From positions 1 through 55,346 of the forward strand of contig JAUCBJ010006323.1 in the NCBI GenBank assembly GCA_032718475.1: 55,346 nucleotides of DNA. Direction: 5' to 3'. The position numbers and the translations under genes are program-made. A model generated the notes under the pieces. That model was given only the letters and a program-made list of their open reading frames with translations. It was not told the DNA's origin and made no database searches. This document shows, one piece after another, positions 1 through 11,128 of this stretch (the stretch's first letter is position 1; each line of letters begins with the position of its first letter). Source of the DNA: Nemertoderma westbladi. Its lineage: Eukaryota > Animalia > Xenacoelomorpha.

Positions 1-204
1 GGTTCGTTCACTAACTTCGATGTGATTATTGATCCGCCCGCAGGACTTCGCTTATTTCCAGGAAGGTACACCCACTTCTAAAATATTTGATAATAACCGG
101 TATTGCACCAGTAGACGTAATAGTCAACATAGTATTACAGGTAGCAGGGTAGGCATGTTCCAGTGCTACCAGTTCCAAACTGCTGTACCAATACCAGGAA
201 TTGA

Positions 205-1530
205 TTAACCTTATTAAACCCGGAGTGGGGTCAATATGACACCCCCCCCCCCCCCCCCCCCCCCCCTCCCACACCCGTGGTTTTTTTGTTTCATCCCTGA
301 AACAAACGCAGTTGGGAATCTGAAATTTTATGACTTTTCCAAACAATCTTTTGTCTTCCTACTAGTGAAATTCGTTTTCAAAAATATAGGGTAGTTTTTT
401 ATTTAACGAACGGATGAAGTGGTAGGCATTCACCAGCGGCAGCATAGTGTAAAGATGATAGAAAAAATAATAAAGTATTGAGGGTCTTTAACTGGTTATA
501 TTATATTAAATAAAGATACAATAGTAAACGTTTTCGACCTACCGGTCTGCATCAGACTATGTACTGGCAACTAACCTTTTTATTTATAGGACCATTTTTT
601 AACCCTACTTTTGACACTTTTTTGAGACTTTTAGAAAATTACATTTCATTAAATATGATTTGTAACATCTCTATTTTTGATTTACATCGGTTTTTTGGTG
701 TTTGCAATTAGATGGAATTCATATAAATTATTGGATTTTTGGACATTTTTGGAAACTGATTGTTTGAACCTGTTTTTTTACGCAATAGGGGTTTTTGGGG
801 TTCTGGTTTCGATGGAATATATACGAGTTGCACCACGCGTATTAAACTTGTATTTTTCGATGCTGTGTGAAAATTTGGTGCCAGCACGAAATTTTGAAAA
901 AGCTTTCAATATTTTAATTGCTTGTGACAACTTATTTCTCTCGTTTTAGAGGTTTATGGCGGTTCTGAATTCAATGGAATAAATAATTATTTAACTAGTC
1001 ATCTCAAACTTGTAATTTACGGAGGTGGGGGCAAAATTTGGTGCTAACACAAAATATTGAAAAACATCAAATATATAAATTGATTGTGTCACCTTGTTTC
1101 TTACGTTATACAAGTTTGTGAGGGTTCTGAATTCAATGGAATAAGTAAAAATTGCATAAGAGTTTTCAAACTTGTATTTTTCGCTGGTGGGTGAAAATTG
1201 TTGTGCCAGCACCAGATTTTTTGAAAATTTGAAAATTGATCAACAGATAGTATCATCTTGTTTCTTGCGTTATACGGGTTTATGGGGGTCCTGAATCCGT
1301 TGGAATCAATAAAAACAGCACTGGACATCTTAAACTTGTACTTTTTGGTGATGGGTACGAAATTACCAAAATTTGCCATATTACGCCGAAAAATACGATC
1401 ATAAGTACGAAAATACGAGCAATGATCTGGCAAATTCGGTATTACATTAGAATCAGCGCCCCAGAAAACCTATAAATGTGAATTTATAGCATCGTATAAG
1501 TGAATTAAAAATTTTGTGTTCAAACTGAAA
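205..1530. mobile_element. Probable non-autonomous TTAA-associated DNA transposon fragment with about 165-bp internal subrepeats
   Basis: Begins TTAACCTTATTAAACCCGG; a similar TTAACCCTATTCAACCTGG occurs near 1953. Three diverged copies of ggtttatgg..gttctgaattcaatggaataa near 950, 1115 and 1277. The right boundary is uncertain. Confidence 0.4.
521..560 (-). ncRNA. Minimal hammerhead ribozyme-like motif (Penelope-type), one core mismatch
   Basis: Minus strand reads ATAGT-CTGATGC-A-GACC-GGTA-GGTC-GAAA-ACGT-TT-ACTAT: 5-bp stem I, 4-bp stem II and a palindromic ACGT in place of stem III. Core CUGANGA has A9 changed to C. Confidence 0.55.
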
Positions 1531-2509
1531 AGTGCTGGTTGCTTGTTTTTTTCATATCTGCCTCTGTAGCCTGGGTCAGAATTCCTCATAAACTTTCGAA
1601 GACTTTGAAGACGTGCCATTTATCTTAGAAATCGCATAGAACTTATTACATTCACATAACTTAATTGCAACTTCCAAGTTCCATGCTTTACTTACAAAGT
1701 TTTGCTTTATATTAAATTCTTAGTTTGTTCGTGAGTTAGTTGCGTGATAATTTTTATTTAGAGAGTATTTCATTATAGGAAATTTAATTTCGGATCTCTG
1801 TGCAAAATTTCATGTCATTATACCAAGGATTTCGACTACAGTGAATCAATTTCTAAAGCATTCCATTTGTACCAGAACAATTTGTACAAAACTTAAAGTT
1901 TTTGTTAGTAGGCCTACCACCACTGGCGGGTTAATATCCTTCGAATTAAGCTTAACCCTATTCAACCTGGGCTAATCTATCCGAGATTCAACCTGAGTGT
2001 TGGCGTTTTCTGCCAACATTTTTGAATACATTTTGAATGAGGTAGAAATGTTCAAATTTAGTTGCGTTTTCGCATGGACACAGACACATATATGGAGCAT
2101 ATAGTGGATTTTAAATTAATGTAAAATATTATGGCTAACCATCCAATATTTAAATAATTAATTAGAGAGAACCATTCAAAAAATATATCATATAGTTTCA
2201 ATGGAAAGAGTTGCATGCATCTTGTTGCTATTTGCCTATCTTTACCAAATTACTCCCTCCTCCTACCTTGTATGAGATGTGGGTTTAGTGTTTCATATTA
2301 TAGTCTAGTAAAGGTCAGATGGCTGGGGGCTATTCTGTACACTACTATAAATATTGGTAAATAATTGGAATAAAGTGGTCAGACAATATTAGCTTGTCTG
2401 CATGCTGCAACAGCAACCTGGGAAGCCAACCTAATTTGCTATTTTGCTCGATGCAGTTTCAGACTCCTGGTGACTTAATTCAATACCTTGTCAATATCTT
2501 AACACGATA

Positions 2510-2588
2510 TTATATATACAATATATATATATACATACATATATATATATATGTATGTATATGTATGTATATATATATATATATATAC
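2510..2588. repeat. (TA)n / (TATG)n microsatellite
   Basis: Direct reading; abuts the 5' truncation point of an RTE fragment. Confidence 0.9.
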
Positions 2589-2591
2589 AAT

Positions 2592-2806
2592 ATCTTGTAC
2601 TTTGGCAGCCTCATGGAGTGAATAAGCATGGTGGACAGCCCATGACTTTCTTGAGACGCATCTTAAAGGACACTGGCCTTGAAGATGCGGATGATCTAGC
2701 AAATGTCATGGGTGATAAGGAGTTGTGGCGGTGCAATTTTGTCGATAAGCCGGCACTGCATTCTTAAAAATGCAGCTGCAATGCAGCATGCCGATCCTAG
2801 TAGTAG
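2592..2806 (+). mobile_element. 3' end of 5'-truncated RTE-type LINE
   Basis: LVLWQPHG...ILKDTGLED...LANVMGDKELWR C-terminus with a (TAG)n tail; near-identical to 29339-29552. Confidence 0.85.
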
Positions 2807-4299
2807 ATACCCAGTTTGTGATCATTTCTTCTGCATTATGTGGTGTGGAAGTTTTCTATCTGGATAGGACAGCCATCTGATTTAAGGGGGGAGTAGCACG
2901 CCCCTATTTTAGAAATTGTCAAAAAACTTTTTTATTCTATCATGTGCCGAATTTAATGGAGATTTCAAATCTGCAAATGCTTTTCTTATTTCTTTTCTCA
3001 AACTGAAGTTATTACCCAAAACGTAAGAGCTAGTCTGATTTTTGACAAGCCTTCGAACAGCACTATATTTTACAATTGAACACCCTTTTTTATATAAAAA
3101 GGCTCTCACGGTAAAGATATGAATAAAATTGCTTAAACGTTGTTTTACTAGTTATATGTTTAGCAAGCATGAAAAATTTCGTTGAATTTCATTCATTTTT
3201 GACAAAGTTATTGTGGAACAAAAAAAATATGGTATTGTCTAAAATAGCGGGAAAGTTTGAATTGTTCCTAACTTTAAACACCTATATCTCAGAATGATGT
3301 TTTTTCATGAAAAAGGCTATTTTAACTAAAATGAGTTGAAATTTAGTTCACTTGTTCAGAATACCCTTGTCCATATTTCTTCTGAACAAAATTGGCTGGA
3401 AATGTCCTGGAGCGTTTTTATATCTTTTTGTTCTAAAAAGGCTCCAGAGCATTTGAGGCAAAATTTGTGCATACAAATATAGATGCAGGGGCCTTCTGAA
3501 CATATGTTCCAAATTTCGACAAATTTCCAAAACTATTGGTGGATAAATAGCCTTTGGCGCAAAAAGGCACTTTTGGCCATCACAGACCCATTTTGGGGCC
3601 AATTTTAAAAAAATTTGGTTTGGCTATACTTAAACAACCCAGACAATGTTTAGTGGCACAAAAATTATTTTAAACCAATTTTAGGGCGCAGCGACACCAA
3701 AATGTGAGGTTCAATTTGCTTAAATATATCTTCGAAAGAATACAACGTTTTTTTCAAGTTTGTGGCAGGGGTTTTCATAATCTCGTCTTAAAGGTCTACT
3801 TTAATTGCTATCAAAGACTCCTCTGACTATCCTCTGAACCTCATTAGCTGACTTTATTATCTGGTTGCTCCCAACTCTTTATGATACAACATCTGAGCAA
3901 CGGGCATTATCATCTGCTGTGTCTTGACTTGCGTTCATGGAGACTAAAGCAGACCTGTTTATGTAAAATCTGTGAAGAAGCAGAATTCTCGTCAGGCCAC
4001 CTATTAGAGCAACTGGAAGGGAGATTCCCCATTTGATGATTGAAGAAGATCATGGGCCAATCATGCAATCCTTGACAAACTAAGCGTAATCTGTCATTAG
4101 TTACTGTGGTTTTGTAGATGTGTCTGTCACCTTTACTCAAATGGCCCCTGTAATTGTTCATTTTAAAATTATATTTTCTAAACACACGTAGTATTATACT
4201 ACAAATATAATACATTAGTATATATATAGTTTATATATAGTTTATATCTGTATAGTATTTGATATCTGAGATGTATTATATATTTATATAATATATTAC

Positions 4300-4670
4300 T
4301 TAAGTAGTCCAGATTCAGGAAAGACATCTGGAATTATGTGGTACCTAGGTTTGTAGACTTTAATAAATCGTACTACTTTATTCTGATCTACTTATAATTT
4401 ACATTTAAGCTGTTTGGTTAAATGTGTTCTGTACTGTGTTAAATCTGTTCGGTTTCATACCAAGAAAATCATGCATAGTCCATGTGAAACTGTATTAAAG
4501 AAGAGCAAAGTAACTTGCGGGAGTCGGTGTTTAAACTATTTCTATATTTCTGTATAGAAACCTAAGCCTAATGTTAACTTTTGAAAAAATATTTTTCAAT
4601 GTGCTTTCTCCTGATAAGCAGTTATCCAATGTGCCGCCTAAATATATAACTTGCTTTTTATTTTCTATTT
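4300..4670 (-). mobile_element. Degraded CR1/L2-group LINE RT C-terminal fragment
   Basis: IENKKQVIYLGGTLDNCLSGESTLKNIFSKVNIRLRFLYR, then frameshifted ALIQFHMDYA and QNKVVRFI-like peptides. Confidence 0.65.
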
Positions 4671-5865
4671 TACTACTACTACTACTAGGTCGAGCGAACT
4701 CAGACAGTGGAAATGAGATCCTTCCAGGCTTCCCGATTCTCCATAGTTGTCGCAATTTCGTTTCTCCCAAGTTCAGTATCCCTTTCAAGTTGATCTATAT
4801 ATGTTCTGGCTGGTCGTCCACGACTACGCTTTCCATGAGTTGGTTGCCAGAAAAGTAGATCTGGTATAACCTCGTCTTTACTTCGCCAGCAGTGCTCACT
4901 GAATCTTAATCTGCGTTCATGGCGGGTGGTTGATACAGGCGGTATTGCACCATAAAGCTCGGCGTTTGTCATGTGTTGTCTCCAGCTGATGTTTAGGACT
5001 GCCCTTAGTAGTCTTGTGTAGCAACCATCAATTCGTTGTTCAAGTGATTTAGTCAGTGTCCAGGTCTCACCCCCATATAAAAATACACTTTCCACTGTGG
5101 CTCGAAAGAACATAGTCTTCAGGTGCCTGGAGAGATCTGATTTCCAGATGGTATCCATTTTTGATAGAGCTCCCAAAGCTTTACTTTCCTAACTTCTATG
5201 TCCTTCTTGCTACTCTCTATCCATGATCCAAGGTACTGGAAGTCGTCGACCTTCCTTGGTTGATTATTATCAATGGTTGTCAAGTTTCCATCAACATTAA
5301 AGGTCATGAATTCGGTCTTGGTAGCATTTATATGCAATCCAACATCCTTAGCAGCCCTCTCCACTTTATTTAGTAGAACCTGTGCATCTGCTAGCGTATT
5401 AGAGAGCAGGGCGATGTCATCCGCAAAGTCGGTGTCTGTGACTGTAGTTGCCGGATATCTACTACTTCTGCGTTCTTGAAGTGTGAATCCCACAGATCTT
5501 CACCCTTTGTGGCCGTCCTCATTGCGTGATCCAGCACAATTACAAATAATAATGGTGCTAATGTGTCACCTTAGCAGTACGCCAGCCAGGATTGAGAAAA
5601 ACTCAGTTTCACCATCTGGTGAGAGTACATGCGCTTCTGTGTCACAATTTAACAATCCAATGCCAGCAACAATTACTTCTGGTATTCCATAAGCTCTATG
5701 GATTTCAAGCATTTTAACTCTATTGATGGAGTCGAATGCCTTCTTGAAGTCCACAAAAGTCATGACAGCGGGGAGATTCTTTGACTTAATTCCTTCAATC
5801 AGTCTCCGTAGTGCAAGTATCTGAGCTATTGTTGATCTACTTGGTCGAAATCCGTTTTGGCCCTT
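4671..5865 (-). mobile_element. 5'-truncated, frameshifted RTE-type LINE (RT domain to 3' tail)
   Basis: QNGFRPSRST, FVDFKKAFDSI, DFADDIALL, FQYLGSWI and LYGGETWTL motifs across ORFs 5566-5982, 5119-5493 and 4700-5176; (TAG)n tail at 4671-4687. Confidence 0.93.
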
Positions 5866-6336
5866 GAAGATCCTTTCAATTGTAATGATAGCATAACTAT
5901 AATATAAAACCAACAACCAACTGGCTTTTCCTGTCATTGTACCCCAGATAGCGTTCCAATTTAGTTCATCACCCAAACACACCCAGAACAGAGTCGAAAA
6001 TGTTGGAACCCAAAGAGTAGTAATATAATGAATGCTAAAGAATTAAAAAATGAGAAAATAATAAATATCTCATTTTTTTTTTATTCTTTATCATTATTGT
6101 TTAACCATTGCTAAAGAATGCTAATAATTGAATTTAACCATATTATGGTTCAATTACAATCTACTATCAGTGTGTATCACCATGTCTAGATATTAATTAT
6201 CACCTTTTTGTTTGGAATGGAACCTGTCCTCAGATATTGTTTTTAACCGCTTTAAAAAATCGAATCCCGACTTTTAATTAAAATTATTTACATACAACTT
6301 TTATGCCCACCCCCACCAATCAATTACTACTTACAT

Positions 6337-6770
6337 CAGGTCAGGTCATGTATTCTAGGTCATTGATCAAGAAAACTTGCCACCTCCATGCAGCATAAAG
6401 GAGGTGCCACTTGTAGCTGCATAGACCCTCTTACTAGCGCAAATCTTGTCCTGTAACTAGGACCCCCTTCGTTCGGGGGTAAGGACGCCCTTGGTCCTGG
6501 ATTAAGGACCCATATACTTGGCTGCAGGGGTATATGGCCTGGCCAGGCAGATGGCGATCTACCAATGGCTGGTCAGGAGTAGAGTGTTCTCATGTCCACT
6601 CTGAGAGCACTTCACTGCGACCTGCACCTGGCAGCAGGGGTACAGGGCATGACCCAGCAGATGAGCTGCACAGCCAATGGTGGGTCATGTGCGCGAGAGT
6701 AGATATGGGTGATGGGCCTCATATCTGACTCCACTGCGCACCCACCCAGGGTGTTGTATTAGCCCCGAGA
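6337..6770. repeat. GC-richer interspersed repeat of unknown family, possibly a minus-strand retroelement 3' end
   Basis: Sharp compositional boundary; a TGACCTGACCT tail-like repeat on the minus strand at the left end; ends just before the exon-5 donor. Confidence 0.35.
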
Positions 6771-6781
6771 GAACTACTTAC

Positions 6782-6908
6782 ATGACAGAAGAAACGATAT
6801 TGTTCATTGATCTATCACTCATTTCTGTATTATCCAAATCCCCATATGCGATAATATTTTTGCCACTGAAATCAGGGTGATCAAATAATTGAATCTTTGG
6901 AGTGAGCA
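6782..6908 (-). CDS. beta/gamma-crystallin gene coding exon 5 (starts third domain; no downstream exon identified)
   Basis: Acceptor ctctatttttag, donor GTAAGT; 127 nt, phase 1 to 2. Reads (V)LTPKIQLFDHPDFSGKNIIAYGDLDNTEMSDRSMNNIVSSV, containing IxLFDHPDFxG and NNIVSSV motifs. Confidence 0.92.
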
Positions 6909-7690
6909 CTAAAAATAGAGCATAAATTTATTATCAGCTAATAAACTAAGTTCTAAAATGATAAAGAATAAGTTTATTATCAGTTATGAGAGTGACTTAT
7001 AATACTATAGAGAATTTTCAGATATTGGAAAGAGTTCAAAAAAATAAATATAAAAAATAAATATAGTTCATTATCATCTAGCACTTCCATGTTAACTCGT
7101 AATGAGAAGAAAAAATATTAATTGCCAAAACGCGAGTTAAAGTTGTAAGTCAATAATTACCATTATATATATTATGAACAAAAAATAGATGCATTGGAAG
7201 TAGAACCAACCAGTGGTATTATATTGTGTCCGGACAATTGTGACCCGGTCAATTGCGACCAATGATTTTATATAAATTTGCTGGGTCGAATATCTACGGG
7301 TAGCTAGCTACATTTAAATTACTGTAGCTACATTTTAACATAGGAAGCGGTAGGATTCTCCTCAGTAGGTCATTCATTGTATGACAATGTGTTCAGTAAT
7401 TAGAACTGCTGCTGGTTTATTATACAAGAAGACTTCTGATGCTTAGAATCATTGATTCGGTGATCATCTGAAGGAGTCACCCATCTTCATTAATAAAAGA
7501 CACTATTGGTCCTAAGGATTTCACATGGTTGATCGTGAACTAAGGAGGTATTGCACTGGGGTATGGCCACCGATGCATCCTTGTGGTGTGGCCGATATAT
7601 AAATGTGAGCAAGATAGTTTTATTTCAAGATCAAGGGGTCATAAAAGATTTTAAGTTACTTTTGTGATTACGTAATTTATTCGTAAAAAT

Positions 7691-8502
7691 TGACTTATTG
7701 TCTTATTGACTTATTGTCTTATTGACTTATTGTCTTATTGACTTATTGTCTTATTGACTTATTGTCTTATTGACTTATTGTCTTATTGACTTATTGTCTT
7801 ATTGACTAATTGTCTTATTGACTTATTGTCTTATTGACTTATTGTCTTATTGACTTATTGTCTTATTGACTTATTGTCTTATTGACTTATTGTCTTATTG
7901 ACTTATTGTCTTATTGACTTATTGTCTTATTGACTTATTGTCTTATTGACTTATTGTCTTATTGACTTATTGTCTTATTGACTTATTGTCGTATTGACTT
8001 ATTGATTTATTGTCTTATTGACTTAATGTCTTATTGACTTATTGTCTTATTGACTTATTGTCTTATTGACTTATTGTCTTATTGACTTATTGTCTTATTG
8101 ACTTATTGTCTTATTGACTTATTGTCTTATTGACTTATTGTCTTATTGACTTAATGTCTTATTGACTTATTGTCTTATTGACTTATTGTCTTATTGACTT
8201 ATTGTCTTATTGACTTATTGTCTTATTGACTTAATGTCTTATTGACTTATTGTCTTATTGACTTATTGTCTTATTGACTTATTGTCTTATTGACTTATTG
8301 TCTTATTGACTTATTGTCTTATTGACTTATTGACTTATTGTCTTATTGACTTATTGACTTATTGACTTATTGACTTATTGTCTTATTGACTTAATGTCTT
8401 ATTGACTTATTGTCTTATTGACTTATTGTCTTATTGACTTATTGTCTTATTGACTTATTGTCTTATTGACTTATTGTCTTATTGACTTATTGATTTATTG
8501 TC
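7691..8502. repeat. 16-bp minisatellite (GACTTATT-GTCTTATT)n, about 50 copies
   Basis: Direct reading; a dimer of two 8-bp variants with occasional single-monomer skips. Confidence 0.97.
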
Positions 8503-9007
8503 TAGCTCTCGGTTAGCAAAAAATATTATATTGTAATTAATAACGGAATTTCTATCTAAATTTACAAAATTAGGACTAACAATTTAGTTTACAGGACTTA
8601 CTGGTAGAAACCTACGGATGGACAACATTTCACAGAGCATAAAAATAAATAAATAGCCTACAGTGAGTGAAAAAATATGCAACATTAGAACTGTCATCAG
8701 CTATCTATCAACGTATTCAGATCTAGAATCCTTGCAACATCTTTCTATTATTACTAACAAACCAGTATAGGATTGACAAATAAGAACAATGCGACTGATT
8801 CAATATTGTTGGAGATACATTTTTTTAATGCTTGTAGCTAAGGATTAAAAGAAGTCTGAGGTCAAACTATCTATGTTCCAATTTCCTTGAGATCTTAACA
8901 TATGTAAGACAGGTGTAAAATAAGATGTTTTGCAGTTAAAACGGTTTCCATAAATAGTATGAGAAATTTTCTAGATATAAACAACCGTACTTTAGTTATG
9001 TACTAAC

Positions 9008-9138
9008 CACCATCAAATGATCTCACTTCTTCGCAAACAAGTCTGATGGATTCGATGTTATTTCGACCAACAGGTAGTAGATAATCGTTATGGAATCCTG
9101 GGTGAAGTTTGATACTATTTCCGGTGTAGTCAGTGTCG
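9008..9138 (-). CDS. beta/gamma-crystallin gene coding exon 4
   Basis: Acceptor ttttgttttcgtattcag, donor GTTAGT; 131 nt, phase 2 to 1. Reads DTDYTGNSIKLHPGFHNDYLLPVGRNNIESIRLVCEEVRSFDG, a classic FxxxxYxG...LxPG...NNIESIR Greek key. Confidence 0.92.
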
Positions 9139-9954
9139 CTGAATACGAAAACAAAATGAAAACTTCAATAGTGATACAACAATTAATATTAGAGCCATGA
9201 ATTCCTTTTTAGAGATAATAATAATAATAAGATCTTCTACCTTGATATTCGTTATCATTGCATGAAGACCAGCTCATGCACTATCCACCTCAGGGAGAGA
9301 ATATACATGGTGGGCAGCCCATGACTTGTGTTGTACTGTAAAGGGTATATGGTTGGAGATTTGTGCATTGTGAGAGAGAGGGCTGTTGCACTGTCAGTCA
9401 GAGAGGTAACAGCCTGTGGGGTAAGGATTTACCTCGGGGACCTGTATTAGGCAAAATAGCAGTAGCTGTATAGGCCCACCTGTACTGTGCACGGTACAAG
9501 ACCCGAAATTTAGCCTACATCTGTAAATAATACACGGTTTCGCGGTACAAGACCATATAAATTAGACCACCATCTGTAAAATGCTCGCGTGAGTTCAGGA
9601 GTTGCGCAGATGTCAGGATGTGCAGATTCTATATCATGCACTAGGCCTAACGGATTCTGGTAGCCTGGAACTAGACCACCTGACCACTACAAAAACTGAT
9701 GGGACAGAGCGAGGTGCCGTTAGCCTAACATTTCTCGGAGGCTGGTCCGATAACACTCAACGCATTGTTTGGTTGGACATTGACATTACCGGTATTGCAT
9801 TACACAGTTACAGTGTACATTACTACATTATTACATACGGATTAGTATGGATTGAGAAATTTGATATATTTGACGTCAATGGAGGTTTGGTTTGAGAAAT
9901 TAATACTGTAATATCACGTAGGCCTACCTAATCATATCTTTGCGTTAATTATTA

Positions 9955-10287
9955 CTAGATCCACTGGCCCCCAGCCACCTTCAACAAACCATCATTGCCG
10001 AGGGGCACTCAGCTAAGGGGGCGGAGCGCATTAAAAACTCTAAGTATCGCGACCTAATGGACCGGGGCCATTTATTTCATCCTGTGGCCTTTGAGAGCTT
10101 TGGCCGCCCTGGTCCAGAGACATCCACCTTCCTCCGGGAGATCGGGGCTCGTCTCCACAGTGCCACCCACGAACCGCGGTCACACCAGTTTCTGCTCCAA
10201 CGCCTGGAGATGGCAATTTTGGTTGGTAATGCAGCCTCAGTCATGGGGACAGCAACCACGCCGACCATCGGTCTATTCGGGGACTGA
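9955..10287 (+). mobile_element. C-terminal restriction-like endonuclease region of a CRE-type non-LTR retrotransposon (5'-truncated)
   Basis: Open frame LDPLAPSH...AERIKNSKYRDL...FHPVAFESFGRPG...FLREIGARL...FLLQRLEMAILVGNAASVMGT fits the K..KY / P.A.E..G / QRLS.A...GNA pattern of CRE-clade elements as I recall it. Confidence 0.8.
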
Positions 10288-10395
10288 AGAGCCGAAACCA
10301 ATCGAAACTGTCGAAATGGTTGCCAATGCAGCCACCAATGGGATGACGGCCGAAGATATTCAATACTCTATCTTATGCAATCTCAAATATTCAAT

Positions 10396-10597
10396 GTTCG
10401 ATCCCTAGATGGGGCAGTACTGTTTGGGCACAGTGCTTTAAATGCTGCAGCCTAGCCCAACCCCGGCTTTCATCCTTCAGTGGTCGATTGGGAACCAAGG
10501 CAACTTGGGAAACAGAGTGGAAGGGTTTACTGTGGAAGATCACCCATGGTGGTGAACAGGCATTCATTGGCTTAACGAGCCTAAAAGATTCTCCCAT
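10396..10597 (+). mobile_element. 5'-truncated tRNA-derived SINE, monomeric form, with 13-bp TSD
   Basis: Starts at B-box GTTCGATCCC; central GCTTTCATCCTTCAGTGGTCGAT; TCAAATATTCAAT flanks both ends (10383-10395 and 10598-10610). Confidence 0.88.
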
Positions 10598-11029
10598 TCA
10601 AATATTCAATTCGGTACTGTACCTTCAATTAAATATTCAATCTTAGTATTATTTCTGTGCTTCGTTATTTAATAATGTGATTAGATAAAAAAAATAAATT
10701 AATGAAATATAATTCATCTGTTAATTATTACAAAAAAAAAATCCAACATTATATTAACATTTATATAGTTATGAATTAAATGTTTCGAAATCAACAGTCA
10801 TTCAATGAACTTATACAGCAGTGTCATATATCGCGTATCCCTTGGTTTAATCACTATTCTATATTCAAGTATAAATGAATCCTGGCCCGGCGCCTTCACC
10901 CTCCACTGATAATTTAAAATCGTAACTTATTCAATCTTTGACTAAATTATACCAAACTTGGTAAACATGTAATCTTGTCTATCGGCTAAAATAAACACAA
11001 CTTGGTAAAAGTTTCCCCTATAATGTTTT

Positions 11030-11128
11030 TTCCTATAGAACAGGATGCAGTTTTATTTTAGTAGTAAACAAGCTGTTATTTGCGTCGATTTTCACCTGGA
11101 TAGGGAAGAATATTGATTGCCCCATGCC
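11030..11128 (-). repeat. Dispersed repeat fragment (other copies about 19515-19640 and 25620-25740 on +)
   Basis: Shared core ccct(a/c)tccagg.gaaa.t.gacgcaaata.c...aaaactg...c.tgtt.tat in three places. Confidence 0.65.

Noticed and set aside
2883-3791. TTAA-bounded Kolobok-like element
   Set aside because: TTAA occurs at both ends but the terminal inverted similarity is too weak to call.
1-4215. Candidate crystallin exon 6 at minus-strand acceptors near 77, 2877, 3954 and 4148
   Set aside because: None of the phase-2 translations gives a Greek-key pattern, and most stop quickly; the next exon probably lies outside the window.
6650-6740. Hammerhead-like arrangement CAGATGA-stem-GAGA-stem-TC
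   Set aside because: Stems II and III can be drawn, but two invariant core bases differ and no stem I forms.
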